DNA of 64,000 nucleotides from an uncultured bacterium (GTDB lineage Bacteria > Verrucomicrobiota > Verrucomicrobiia > Verrucomicrobiales > DEV007): assembly GCA_963977015.1 (NCBI GenBank), contig CAXBMO010000002.1, forward strand, positions 416,001 to 480,000, given 5' to 3'. The position numbers were made by a program, and so were the translations under genes. Shown here one piece after another: positions 39,689 to 49,664 of the stretch. The notes beneath the pieces are model-generated. The model did not search any database and was not told the DNA's origin. It worked only from the letters and a program-made list of their open reading frames with translations. Position 1 is the stretch's first letter. Each line of letters starts with the position of its first letter.

Positions 39689-41914
39689 ATGAGCAAATCC
39701 GCGTCTCGAATTCCTCCGTCCGATCCTTCTCAGGTTGAGCAAATCCTCCATGCAAATCATCCGGACGTTTTTGGTTTCCTGGGGCCTCATCGAGCGGAGA
39801 AGGAAGGCCGTCCAGCGTGGTTGATTCGAATCTTTCGACCTGACGCGGACAAACTGAGAGTCATCGCCAAGGGAGGCGCCCCCATTGAAACCGCAGAGAA
39901 GATCCACAAGGCTGGATTCTTCGAGGCTTGGCTACCGCACTCGGAAGACCCACCGGAATATTCGTTGGAGTGGGATGATGCCAAAGGCGACACCCATGAA
40001 ATTTGTGCTGACCCTTACCGGTTTGGCAACATCATGGGCGAGCATGATGCTCACTATTTTGGGGAAGGTCGACACTGGAAAATTTACCAGATTCTGGGAG
40101 CGCACCGGCGCGAAATGGACGGGGTTTCCGGAATTTCCTTTGCCGCTTGGGCACCCAATGCCCAACGAGTCAGCGTCGTTGGCGACTTTAATCAATGGGA
40201 CGGGCGCATTCACCAAATGCGTAAGCGGATCGAAGCTGGCATCTGGGAAATTTTCATTCCCGGACTCGAGTATCGAACCCACTACAAGTTTGAATTGATT
40301 GGTGCGGGCGGAAACCTCTACACGAAGAGCGATCCGTTCGCGTTCTTTAGTCAAAACCGGGAGGAAACCGCATCCATTACCTGGGATCTGGACGCCTACA
40401 AATGGCAGGATAAGGCATGGATGGACAAGCGCGAGAAGGTCAACCTCTATGAAAGCCCATTCAGCGTCTACGAAGTCCATCTGGGATCCTGGGCGCGTGT
40501 GGCGGAAGATGGCGACCGCTTTCTAACCTACGAGGAATTCGCGGACCGGTTGGTTGAACACGTCGTCGAGATGGGCTTTACCCACATCCAGCTTCTCCCC
40601 ACGACGGAGTTTCCCTTTGATGGATCATGGGGATACCAAGTCACCGGATATTTCGCGCCGACCAGCCGATATGGAGATCCGGATGCGTTTCGCTATTTCG
40701 TGGATACCTGCCACAAAAAGGGGATCGGCGTCATCCTCGATTGGGTGCCGGCACACTTCCCGAAGGACGCCCACGGGCTCTCCTATTTCGACGGAACCCC
40801 ACTCTTCGAACACGGCAATCCGCTCGAAGGTGAGCACAAGGACTGGGGCACCCTGATTTTCAATTTTGGTCGCAACGAGGTTCGCAACTTCCTGATCGCA
40901 AGTGCCCTCTTCTGGTTCGAGCAATACCACATCGACGGTCTTCGGGTCGACGCGGTGGCCTCGATGCTCTATCGCGACTACTCGCGCGAAGAAGGGGAAT
41001 GGATTCCCAACCAATTTGGCGGGCGGGAAAACCTTGAGGCGATCCATTTCCTTCGCGAACTCAACAGTGTCTGCTACCAGGAGCACCCCGGAATTGTGAT
41101 GGTTGCTGAGGAGTCGACCGCTTTTGGCGGAGTCTCAAAACCTGTCGACACCGGCGGGCTAGGATTTGGGTTCAAATGGAACATGGGTTGGATGAATGAC
41201 ACGCTGGACTACATGTCCAAGGATCCCATCCATCGGAGATTCCATCACGACAGCGCCACGTTCTCCATGATTTACGCTTATGATGAGAACTTCGTCTTGG
41301 TCCTGAGCCACGACGAGGTCGTTCATGGCAAGAAATCGCTCCTCGACAAGATGCCAGGCGATAACTGGCAGAAGTTTGCGAATCTGCGCATGCTCTTTGG
41401 CTGGATGTTTGCGCATCCCGGAAAGAAACTCCTCTTCCAAGGTTCCGAAATCGCTCCTTTCACGGAGTGGGAGTATGAGAAAAGCTTGGATTGGCACCTC
41501 CTTCAGTATCCGGAGCACAACGGAATCAACCAGCTGTTGAAGGACTTGAACCGCGTCTACAAAGAATTTCCCGCGCTTCATGAACTGGATCATTCCCACG
41601 AGGGTTTCGAGTGGGTTGATGGTCACGATTACGAGAACAGCACGTTCACCTTCCTGCGAAAAGGCAAGGATGACTCCGTGGTCCTCATCGCCGTTAATGC
41701 GACCCCGGTTCCTCGTCCCAACTACCGGGCCGGAGTTCCCGTCAGCGGATTCTGGAAAGAGATTCTCAACACCGATTCCAAAGTCTATGCCGGGTCTAAC
41801 ATTGGCAACCAAGGGGGAGTCGAGACCTCGGCTGAGGGCTGGAACGGAAGACCTTATTCCATCGAAGTGAATCTGCCTCCACTCGCCGTGGTGATGTTTT
41901 CACCCAAAGGATAA
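39689..41914 (+). CDS. glgB: 1,4-alpha-glucan branching enzyme
   Basis: [59 protein letters not shown]. Confidence 0.97.
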   Translation: MSKSASRIPPSDPSQVEQILHANHPDVFGFLGPHRAEKEGRPAWLIRIFRPDADKLRVIAKGGAPIETAEKIHKAGFFEAWLPHSEDPPEYSLEWDDAKGDTHEICADPYRFGNIMGEHDAHYFGEGRHWKIYQILGAHRREMDGVSGISFAAWAPNAQRVSVVGDFNQWDGRIHQMRKRIEAGIWEIFIPGLEYRTHYKFELIGAGGNLYTKSDPFAFFSQNREETASITWDLDAYKWQDKAWMDKREKVNLYESPFSVYEVHLGSWARVAEDGDRFLTYEEFADRLVEHVVEMGFTHIQLLPTTEFPFDGSWGYQVTGYFAPTSRYGDPDAFRYFVDTCHKKGIGVILDWVPAHFPKDAHGLSYFDGTPLFEHGNPLEGEHKDWGTLIFNFGRNEVRNFLIASALFWFEQYHIDGLRVDAVASMLYRDYSREEGEWIPNQFGGRENLEAIHFLRELNSVCYQEHPGIVMVAEESTAFGGVSKPVDTGGLGFGFKWNMGWMNDTLDYMSKDPIHRRFHHDSATFSMIYAYDENFVLVLSHDEVVHGKKSLLDKMPGDNWQKFANLRMLFGWMFAHPGKKLLFQGSEIAPFTEWEYEKSLDWHLLQYPEHNGINQLLKDLNRVYKEFPALHELDHSHEGFEWVDGHDYENSTFTFLRKGKDDSVVLIAVNATPVPRPNYRAGVPVSGFWKEILNTDSKVYAGSNIGNQGGVETSAEGWNGRPYSIEVNLPPLAVVMFSPKG

Positions 41915-42141
41915 TTCTGGAATTTTCGATTCGAACACGGCTTTTTCGGCAATTGTTACCGTTGTGTTACCGCGAGGTCGCAAAATGGTGAGAATCGGGT
42001 TCCTCCCTTGCAAAAGTCTTGCCTAAATTTCGCCGCCATGGCACTCTCCGGGCGATTTTCATCCCCGTTGGATGGAGATTTCATGCACTAATACGTCGAC
42101 TCTCATTGAGCGGCACGAAAATAACCACTGCTTAAAACGAA

Positions 42142-42843
42142 ATGAAACAAACCCTTAAAACCAATCACGGTTTCAGCTTGCTGGAACTGATGGTGGTGAT
42201 CACGATTATCGCGATTCTCGCGAGTGTATCGTTCCCCACCTACACGACGGTGATCACTCGCGCGAGGATCATGAAAGATGTGGCACACCAGGACCAGATC
42301 GTAAAAGCCTGCAAGCTCTACGCTCAAGACTGGGACGGCCTTTATCCTGCCTTTGACACCCTCGGGGAAGATAGTGGCGGCGAAAGCGGCAAGTTCTCCA
42401 CCTCGACCGAAGCCTTTCAAGAGCTGATTCGCGAGGTCCAACTCGGCACCGAAATCATCTTCTTCACCCAGGGAAATCCTGAAAAGGTCCGCCCACCCAA
42501 CGAAGATGGTGAACTCCTTCCTGAAGAGAACTGCATGACCTATGTTCTCGGCCAGACCGATTCCAGCCCTGCTCGTTCGCCACTCACGGCCGATGAAATG
42601 CAGGACACCGGCGGTTCATTTGGAGCCGGCCACCCTTGGCTGAAGTCACGCCAAGCCGTGGTGGGATACTGCGGCGGTCAGGTGAAGAAAGAGAAGCTGA
42701 CCGGAAGCACCGAAGGAGCAACGATTCGTGGCCCCGCCGGAAGCGGAATTACCAACATCTTCGAGGAAGCCGAAGAGGATGAAGAAGGCAAAATTACTGG
42801 AGGTTGGTTGTCAGTCGGCACCGACAACATCCTGCTTCCATAG
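42142..42843 (+). CDS. Prepilin-type N-terminal cleavage/methylation domain protein
   Basis: GFSLLELMVVITIIAILAS class III signal. Confidence 0.88.
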   Translation: MKQTLKTNHGFSLLELMVVITIIAILASVSFPTYTTVITRARIMKDVAHQDQIVKACKLYAQDWDGLYPAFDTLGEDSGGESGKFSTSTEAFQELIREVQLGTEIIFFTQGNPEKVRPPNEDGELLPEENCMTYVLGQTDSSPARSPLTADEMQDTGGSFGAGHPWLKSRQAVVGYCGGQVKKEKLTGSTEGATIRGPAGSGITNIFEEAEEDEEGKITGGWLSVGTDNILLP

Positions 42844-42876
42844 CCGGACTACTTTTCAGAAACAAAAGCTTTCACC

Positions 42877-42911
42877 AAATCCGCAGCGTCGAAAGGCGTT
42901 GCGGATTTTTT
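42877..42911. terminator. Probable bidirectional intrinsic terminator between the pilin-like gene and xseA
   Basis: AAATCCGCAGCGTC-GAAA-GGCGTTGCGGATTT stem followed by a T run. Confidence 0.75.
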
Positions 42912-44280
42912 ACGTCTTGCCCTTTGTCCGAACTTCGCGGACTTCCGCATCAAACTCTCCCGAAGCGAGCCGGGTCACAACCTGCTGCCCGGGATTCAGT
43001 TGTTCCGCGGAATTCACCAGATTTCCGTTCTCGTCAGTGGTTAGGGAAAAACCGCGACTCAAGACCGAATCCGGTCCCAGCGTGCGGACCATGGATACCA
43101 AGGCCGTCAGCCGCTGACGCTTCTCGTTGGTTTGCCGGAGTGCCGACTGATAGAGACGCCCCTTCAACATGGCAAGCCATTCTCTGCGCTGCTCCAAAAT
43201 CCGGTCGGGTCGACTCAGCTCCAAAAGCCGTTTCGCGTTCTCGATCCGATCCTGACTTTGAGCAATTTTTTGGCGTCGGCCTTCGTTGAGCCGGGCTTGA
43301 AACTCATCAAGGCGCTGTCGTCGATCAGCCATCACGCGACCGGGCTCCCGAAATGCACCACTTCGGGCCAACAGTTCCAGAACCTTGCGCCAATGACGAA
43401 TCCGGTTCGCCAGCTGACTCTCCATTCGGCCTTGGAGCCTCGCGAGGTGCTGCAGCAACTCCGCCCGGTCTGGAACGACCAACTCCGCCGCCGCACTTGG
43501 AGTCGGCGCCCGCAAATCGGCGACAAAGTCAGAAATCGTAAAGTCAATCTCATGGCCGACCGCAGAAATCACGGGAATGGGACATTCCGCAATCGCACGA
43601 GCCAGAATCTCTTCGTTGAAGTTCCAAAGGTCTTCGATGCTGCCGCCTCCCCTCCCGACAATGATGGTATCGATCTTCGGGAACGTCGCCGATTGCTCCG
43701 TCGAGACTTTCTTGAGTGCAGCGGCAATCTCTACTGCGGCCCCTTCCCCCTGTACCCGGACCGGCACGATGATCAGCCGAACCCACGGCGCGCGACGGGT
43801 CAGGATGTTCAGCATGTCCCGAACCGCGGCCCCGGTTGGCGAAGTGATGAGAGCGATCGTGTTGGGAAACTTGGGAATCCGCTGCTTCCGCGCGGGCTGA
43901 AAGAGTCCTTCCGCTTCCAGTTTCCGTTTCAGCGCTTCAAACCTGGCCTGCAACTCCCCCATTCCCCGCGGCTGAATCGTCCGCACAATGATCTGATATT
44001 GCCCTTGAGCCTCATAAACCGTGACTTCGCCATAGGTTTGAACCTGCATTCCATCGCGAAGGGGAACCGGATTGTTGGCCGCATTTCCACGAAACTGAAC
44101 GCATCGAATCTGAGCGTTGGCGTCCTTCAGACTGAAATAAGCGTGCCCGCTCGATTGCAGCCTTAAATTGCTGATCTCCCCTTCGACCCAGACGCTCCCG
44201 AATTTCGATTCCAGCGCATCGCGAATCGAACGCGTCAAATCAGAAACGGTGTAGGCCCGGCGGTTGGCAAAAGTGGACAT
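42910..44280 (-). CDS. xseA: Exodeoxyribonuclease VII large subunit
   Basis: VWVEGEISN...SGHAYFSLKD, RGGGSIEDLWNFN, VGHEIDFTISDFVAD.RAPTPSAAAE. Confidence 0.96.
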   Translation of the reverse strand: MSTFANRRAYTVSDLTRSIRDALESKFGSVWVEGEISNLRLQSSGHAYFSLKDANAQIRCVQFRGNAANNPVPLRDGMQVQTYGEVTVYEAQGQYQIIVRTIQPRGMGELQARFEALKRKLEAEGLFQPARKQRIPKFPNTIALITSPTGAAVRDMLNILTRRAPWVRLIIVPVRVQGEGAAVEIAAALKKVSTEQSATFPKIDTIIVGRGGGSIEDLWNFNEEILARAIAECPIPVISAVGHEIDFTISDFVADLRAPTPSAAAELVVPDRAELLQHLARLQGRMESQLANRIRHWRKVLELLARSGAFREPGRVMADRRQRLDEFQARLNEGRRQKIAQSQDRIENAKRLLELSRPDRILEQRREWLAMLKGRLYQSALRQTNEKRQRLTALVSMVRTLGPDSVLSRGFSLTTDENGNLVNSAEQLNPGQQVVTRLASGEFDAEVREVRTKGKT

Positions 44281-44427
44281 TGTTAGGATCATCCTACCTC
44301 GAAATGGTTACATATCATCAGGAAACAGCGCCTCTAGCAATAAGCTTTACTTATACAACACCAAGACTGGATAAGATTTTCTGAAATAATGTTGCCAAAC
44401 TCTCGGTTTTGAATAAGTATTTCTAAT

Positions 44428-45024
44428 ATGAACCCGCTAGTTGAGTTTGTGGATCCCAATGAGCCTGCCGATATCGACCTCATGCTCGAAACGGCAAACC
44501 GCAATGCAGCCAGTTTCGCCAAGCTCTATTCTCGCTTCGCGGGAGCCATTTACACCACGGCTTACAAAGTCCTCAACAATCCCACGGATGCCGAAGAAGT
44601 GACCCAGGACGTCTTTACCCAGATCTGGGAGAAAGCCGCTCTTTACGAACCGAAAAAAGGCAAGCCCCTCACTTGGGCGGCGACGATGGCTCGCAACCGG
44701 GCCATTGACCGGCTTCGCGCCAATCAGCGACGCTTCAAGCTTCGGGATCGCTTTAAGGCGGAAGAAGACGTCCTCAGCCCCACCGAGACCAGCCATACTG
44801 CCCTGGCGCAGGCCAAAACCAACGAAGATGCCAAGTTCGTTCGCAGTGGTGTCCGGGAGCTCAGCACGGATCAAAGGGAAGCCATCGAGCTAGTCTACTT
44901 TGGAGGGTTGACGCAGCGGGAAGCTGCCGAGCAACTCCATCAACCACTCGGCACCGTCAAAGCTCGGATTCGCCGCGGCATTGCCAAATTGAGAGACGAC
45001 GTGATCCCAAAGCTGGAGAGTTGA
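44428..45024 (+). CDS. ECF sigma-70 factor (SigK-like)
   Basis: DAEEVTQDVF, ARNRAIDRLR, LVYFGGLTQRE.A...PLGTVKARIRRG. Confidence 0.92.
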   Translation: MNPLVEFVDPNEPADIDLMLETANRNAASFAKLYSRFAGAIYTTAYKVLNNPTDAEEVTQDVFTQIWEKAALYEPKKGKPLTWAATMARNRAIDRLRANQRRFKLRDRFKAEEDVLSPTETSHTALAQAKTNEDAKFVRSGVRELSTDQREAIELVYFGGLTQREAAEQLHQPLGTVKARIRRGIAKLRDDVIPKLES

Positions 45025-45055
45025 GTTCGTTGGGGTTCCGTAGGGAAGTGCCAAG

Positions 45056-45084
45056 TTGCAATCGTCCCACCCGTCGAGCAGACT
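45056..45084 (+). promoter_or_regulatory. Putative sigma70 promoter of the Clp/RF-like gene (TTGCAA-17 bp-CAGACT)
   Basis: Hexamers with 17-bp spacing, ending 8 nt before GTG 45093. Confidence 0.4.
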
Positions 45085-45092
45085 GATTCAGC

Positions 45093-48000
45093 GTGCTCGA
45101 TTTCCACATCAAAGTCGTTTTCATCACCCGCCAGCTTGAGTCCAGCCAGGACCAGGCCGAGCAATTCGTCTCTGAAGTTCTCTTCTGGCCGGGCCTCTCC
45201 ACCTTTGGGAACCGCCTCAAGACGATTCGGCGCGATCAGGTCAAACTTGCCGAAGAAATTTTGAAGGGAGAGGATGCCGGAGACATCCACGAACGTCAGA
45301 TCCCTTCCGACCCGAGCCGCGGGGGAGTTTTGGTCGAGCTGCACCCGCCCCAACCTTCGGAAGCCTGGAACGAACCCGTCACGCTCAGCTTCGATACGGT
45401 TCACTGGGAGCAGGAAGGAACGCAGATCGCCTCGGTTCCTGATTTGGGAATCGAAGTCGTCGCCGAGAGCGAAAGCGAGTTGCCAACCATGCTCGAGGAA
45501 CACGTTCGCACCGCGGTTCTGCGATCGGGAGCCGCAAAGTCGCTATTCGAACTCGCTCATTTGCAACGAACTCAGGCGACTGAGATCGAGACGCAATTGG
45601 TGAACCTCTATCCGGAAACGCCAAAGGAACGCTGGGACAAATCCCTCGCGGAGGATCAAAAGAAGAGCGAACTCAGCAAAGTCGGGATTCGGATGGCGCC
45701 GGATGAAATGTCGGAGGCGTTTCTCTACGATGATCAGGTCGATCGCCTGGCAAAGATGCTGACTGGCCGCAGGGCGTTGAGTGTGTTGGTCGTGGGACCG
45801 CCGGGAGTCGGCAAATCTGCGGTCATTCACGAATTGGTCCGCCGCAAGAACGACAACGGATTGGAGCGTTTCACCTTCTGGAAAACCAGCGGGGCACGGA
45901 TCGTCGCCGGGCAAAGCGGATTTGGCGACTGGCAGCAGCGTTGTCAGAAAATCGCGGAAGAGGCCCAGGAACAAAATGCGATTCTCTACTTCGGGAATCT
46001 TGCCGAATTGCTCGAAACCGGGCGGGCCGGGGGCAGCAGTGAAAACATCGCAGGCTTCTTTCGCCCCCGCATGGTTCGCGGGGAGCTGCTCGCGATCCTC
46101 GAATGCACATCGGAACAACTGACCGCGATTGAGAAGCGGGATCCGAGGATTCTCGACGGAGTGCGCCAGTTGAAAATTGAAGAGCCGGACGCGGCCTTGT
46201 CTTACGGCGTCCTCAAATGCGTTGCGGAGAAACTGATCGGCAAGAAGGACGAGGAGATCGATGAAGCCGCGCTGAAACGAGTTGATGCGCTTCACCGGCG
46301 TTACCTTGGCTACTCCGCCTATCCCGGGAAGCCGATCCGCTTTCTCGAGCGCCTGTTTTTCAATGCCCAGACGGAAAAACCACTCTCCATCGAGAACGTC
46401 AACGCCACGTTTTCCGCCGAAACCGGGCTGCCGCTCAATCTATTGGAAGACTCGATTCCCCTCGATCTGGAACGCGCTCGACTCTGGTTCCAAGATCGGC
46501 TAATGGGGCAGGACCGTGCCGTCGATTTCGTGGTTGATACCATTGCGATGATCAAAGCCCGGCTGGCCCGCCCCGGAAAGCCGCTTGGTTCGTTTCTCTT
46601 TGTTGGGCCGACCGGCGTTGGAAAAACCGAGTTGGCCAAATGCCTGGCCCAGTACTTTTACGGCAGCCAGGAACGCATGATTCGCCTCGACATGAGCGAG
46701 TTCAACAGCCCGGGAAGCGCAACCCGGCTCGTCAGCAGCAACTCGGGCGATCTGGAAGGGCTCCTCACCGCTCAAATGCGCGATCAGCCTTTTTCCGTGG
46801 TTCTTTTGGACGAGTTTGAAAAGGCCGCCCCCCAAGTTTTTGATCTCTTTCTCCAAGTTCTTGGGGAAGCGCGATTGACGGACGCTGCGGGCCGGGTGGC
46901 GGACTTCAGCAACGCCATTGTCATCATGACCTCCAACCTCGGGGCTCAGAATTTCCGCGCGGGAGCCAATCTCGGCTTTGGCGGTGCCGACGCTGCGGAT
47001 CTCGGTGCGGAAGAGCACTTTACGAGCGAAGCCAAAAAGCGTTTCCGCCCCGAATTCTTCAACCGGATCGACCGGATCGTCCCTTTCCTCCCGCTCACCC
47101 GTCAGGTGCTCGAACGCATTGTCGCCAAGGAATTGGACGCGATTCAGCGGCGTGACGGGCTTCGGGAACGCCAGCTCGATCTCCAGTTGAACAGCACCGT
47201 GTTGGACGAAATTCTCAAGCACGGACATGATCCGCGTTATGGCGCCCGCCCGCTCCGGCGCGAGTTGGATCAACGCCTGCTGCGCCGGGTGGCCCAGGAG
47301 CTCAACCAGGGTCCGGTCCGCGAACGCGGTCATGTGCTGGTCGATGAAGTCGCGGTCACCTTTCAACGGCGCACGGAAAAGCAAGCCGCCGATGATGTCC
47401 ACGCCGACGTGCTCGCCAATGCCGCAGATCTTCGCCGCAAATTCCAGGGACTGAAGCGGGCGACTTTCGTCAATGAGCTCAACAGCGAGCGCTATCGTCT
47501 CGAGCGCGTGATTGCCAATCACCAACGCAACAAAGCCAAAGACCAGACCACGGATTTAACGCCGACCTACGCGCGAAAATCGCTGATCGACGAGCTTCTG
47601 AACCATTTGGAGCGCCGAACCAAAGCGGTGACGATTCGGGAGGAAGCACTGCTGTTGGAAACCGTCGGCCAAGGCCCACAGGGGCGAAAAAGCAGGCTCA
47701 CCCAGGCCGATTACCAGGCACTCTTGGTTGACCTGTTTGCAGCAGCCGAGAACAACCCGGATTCGATTGTCCTCATTTTTCAGGCGGAACGAGCCGACCG
47801 CCTGATCGAAGTTTCCTCCGATTATCAACAAGTCGCACTGAGCTTCGGCTGCGAAGTCGAGTTGGGGTATTATCTCAAGAAACCTCCGAAATCCTTCATC
47901 AACGAGGAAGACGCAACCGCCCGGCCCGAGATCGTTTCTGAAACCGAGACCGAGAACTTTTTTACCGATCCGCCCAGTAACGTTGCCGCCGTTGCCCTTC

Positions 48001-48323
48001 GCATTTCCCAAGCTCATTCCTTTCTCCGGTTTCAAGGCGAATTGGGAGGTCATGAATTTGAAAATGACGAGGGCAAGGACAAGAAGAAGGACCGGCTCGT
48101 TATCTCCGACATCGACACCTCCCTGGCCGAAGCCTGGGTTTCGCTCGAAAGCCTCCAACGCCCGCAGTTGAAAAACACGCCCATTCATCGGCACTACAAT
48201 CTGGTGCGCAACAATTGGCGCGACAGCAATTTCAACGCCTCGGGCCAGGGACACTACTCGCCCGAACTCCTGGAATCGATCCTCATTGAGCGCGTTCTGA
48301 CGCTGGCGATGCGGGCCCTGTGA
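45093..48323 (+). CDS. Non-canonical ClpA/B-type double-AAA+ ATPase with HicB-like N-domain and C-terminal release-factor-like domain
   Basis: GPPGVGKS (D1); GPTGVGKT, RLDMSEF, VLLDEFEKA, FRPEFFNRID, YGARPLRR (D2); C-terminal LRISQAHSFLRFQGELGGH and IHRHYNL. Confidence 0.85.
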   Translation: MLDFHIKVVFITRQLESSQDQAEQFVSEVLFWPGLSTFGNRLKTIRRDQVKLAEEILKGEDAGDIHERQIPSDPSRGGVLVELHPPQPSEAWNEPVTLSFDTVHWEQEGTQIASVPDLGIEVVAESESELPTMLEEHVRTAVLRSGAAKSLFELAHLQRTQATEIETQLVNLYPETPKERWDKSLAEDQKKSELSKVGIRMAPDEMSEAFLYDDQVDRLAKMLTGRRALSVLVVGPPGVGKSAVIHELVRRKNDNGLERFTFWKTSGARIVAGQSGFGDWQQRCQKIAEEAQEQNAILYFGNLAELLETGRAGGSSENIAGFFRPRMVRGELLAILECTSEQLTAIEKRDPRILDGVRQLKIEEPDAALSYGVLKCVAEKLIGKKDEEIDEAALKRVDALHRRYLGYSAYPGKPIRFLERLFFNAQTEKPLSIENVNATFSAETGLPLNLLEDSIPLDLERARLWFQDRLMGQDRAVDFVVDTIAMIKARLARPGKPLGSFLFVGPTGVGKTELAKCLAQYFYGSQERMIRLDMSEFNSPGSATRLVSSNSGDLEGLLTAQMRDQPFSVVLLDEFEKAAPQVFDLFLQVLGEARLTDAAGRVADFSNAIVIMTSNLGAQNFRAGANLGFGGADAADLGAEEHFTSEAKKRFRPEFFNRIDRIVPFLPLTRQVLERIVAKELDAIQRRDGLRERQLDLQLNSTVLDEILKHGHDPRYGARPLRRELDQRLLRRVAQELNQGPVRERGHVLVDEVAVTFQRRTEKQAADDVHADVLANAADLRRKFQGLKRATFVNELNSERYRLERVIANHQRNKAKDQTTDLTPTYARKSLIDELLNHLERRTKAVTIREEALLLETVGQGPQGRKSRLTQADYQALLVDLFAAAENNPDSIVLIFQAERADRLIEVSSDYQQVALSFGCEVELGYYLKKPPKSFINEEDATARPEIVSETETENFFTDPPSNVAAVALRISQAHSFLRFQGELGGHEFENDEGKDKKKDRLVISDIDTSLAEAWVSLESLQRPQLKNTPIHRHYNLVRNNWRDSNFNASGQGHYSPELLESILIERVLTLAMRAL

Positions 48324-48338
48324 TCTGTGCCTCCGTTC

Positions 48339-48884
48339 CTACCCCCGGTGAACGTTCGCCGCCAGTTTGAGGACGCTGGAGTTCAGCTGAATATTGCGTT
48401 GCTTCAGGGGGGAGAGGTAGGCGTCAAATCCCAGCTTGTTTCTGCTTTCGAACAGCTCCACACACGGTTCGTAGGAAATCTTCTCTTCCTTGCCGCGCAA
48501 ATGAATCACCAGAGTTGGGCCGCCCCGCGTCACATCCAGCGCATGCTTCAGGTCCTTGGCGGTTGCGGTAAACAGGATGCTGCAACGCTGGATCTCCATC
48601 TGGTTGGTCGTGCGATCAACCCCTGCAACCCGGAGTTCTTTGCCCTTCAGAGGATGCCCGTCCAGAGAGGCAAACGCCCGGGCCGGCTCGCCCTCGCTAT
48701 AAACGCCCAGATAAATGTTCCCGTCCTTGCCCGGTTCCAGAGGCCATTCGGCAAATTTGGCGATGGAGTAGCAAATTGCAGCCGCCAGCTCATGCTTTTC
48801 CGCTGCGGCAGCGGGATTGGCCATCCAAATCCCGGCAGCAGCAATCAAACACCCCAAAAGGGTGCCGATGGCGTGACGTTTCAT
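48339..48884 (-). CDS. YfiR/HmsC-family periplasmic protein
   Basis: LAAAICYSIAKFAEWP, CSILF, QLNSSVLKLA. Confidence 0.8.
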   Translation of the reverse strand: MKRHAIGTLLGCLIAAAGIWMANPAAAAEKHELAAAICYSIAKFAEWPLEPGKDGNIYLGVYSEGEPARAFASLDGHPLKGKELRVAGVDRTTNQMEIQRCSILFTATAKDLKHALDVTRGGPTLVIHLRGKEEKISYEPCVELFESRNKLGFDAYLSPLKQRNIQLNSSVLKLAANVHRG

Positions 48885-49023
48885 GTATTTCGCAGGTTCT
48901 AAGCAGGCCCCGAGGGCGCCGGAGGCTAGCTGAAACCATATCAACCGTCTACTGAATATTGCGGGCACGGAGAAGCAACAATTGCCGGTGGACTCCCTCC
49001 GGGGCTGGCCGAGAGTCGGGACC

Positions 49024-49629
49024 ATGCCCCCAGAACCCTTTCGCATTGATGATGTATCCGGCTGGTCACGCTTGCGCGAAGAACGGCTCTTCGATCACCA
49101 ATACATTCAGATCGATGAGGTGGAGTACCGAACCCCGAACCGGCCGGATTCGGTGAAGTGGACCATCGCGCGACGCAAAAGCGGCGTTTGCATCGCCCCG
49201 ATGCTGGCAGACGGGCGCCTCCTTATGATTCAGCAGGAACGCTACCCGATTCAACGCGTGTTGTGGGAATTTCCCGCCGGACAAATCGACCAGGCCGGCT
49301 GGCGCGAGAACTCGCAGTTGATTCTGGATGCCGCCGACCGCGAATTGACGGAGGAAACCGGCCATCAGCTTTCGGAAGGCGGCGAATTGACGCCACTCGG
49401 ACACTTTTTCTGCTCACAGGGCTTTACCGACGAACACGTTTATCTCTTTCTCGCCAAGCCGGTCGAGCCAACCGGCAAGGGGCTGCAGCTCGATCCGGGC
49501 GAGAATATTCTCGATTGCCGTCCGTTTACGCAGCATGAGATCCGAGAAAAAGTCGCCCAAAACGAGATTGTGGATGCGAACTCGCTGGCAATCTTCGCAA
49601 GACTTTGCGCTCGGGGAATCTTTGGCTAA
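49024..49629 (+). CDS. NUDIX hydrolase (ADP-ribose pyrophosphatase-like)
   Basis: QERYP...WEFPAGQID...AADRELTEETG. Confidence 0.9.
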   Translation: MPPEPFRIDDVSGWSRLREERLFDHQYIQIDEVEYRTPNRPDSVKWTIARRKSGVCIAPMLADGRLLMIQQERYPIQRVLWEFPAGQIDQAGWRENSQLILDAADRELTEETGHQLSEGGELTPLGHFFCSQGFTDEHVYLFLAKPVEPTGKGLQLDPGENILDCRPFTQHEIREKVAQNEIVDANSLAIFARLCARGIFG

Positions 49630-49664
49630 ATTGCCGCCCTTTTTAACCAAAACTGCGTGTAATT

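Noticed and set aside
42600-42700. H-X9-DG motif in the pilin-like protein
   Set aside because: Only a loose match (HPWLKSRQAVVGYCGG); spacing and the Asp do not fit
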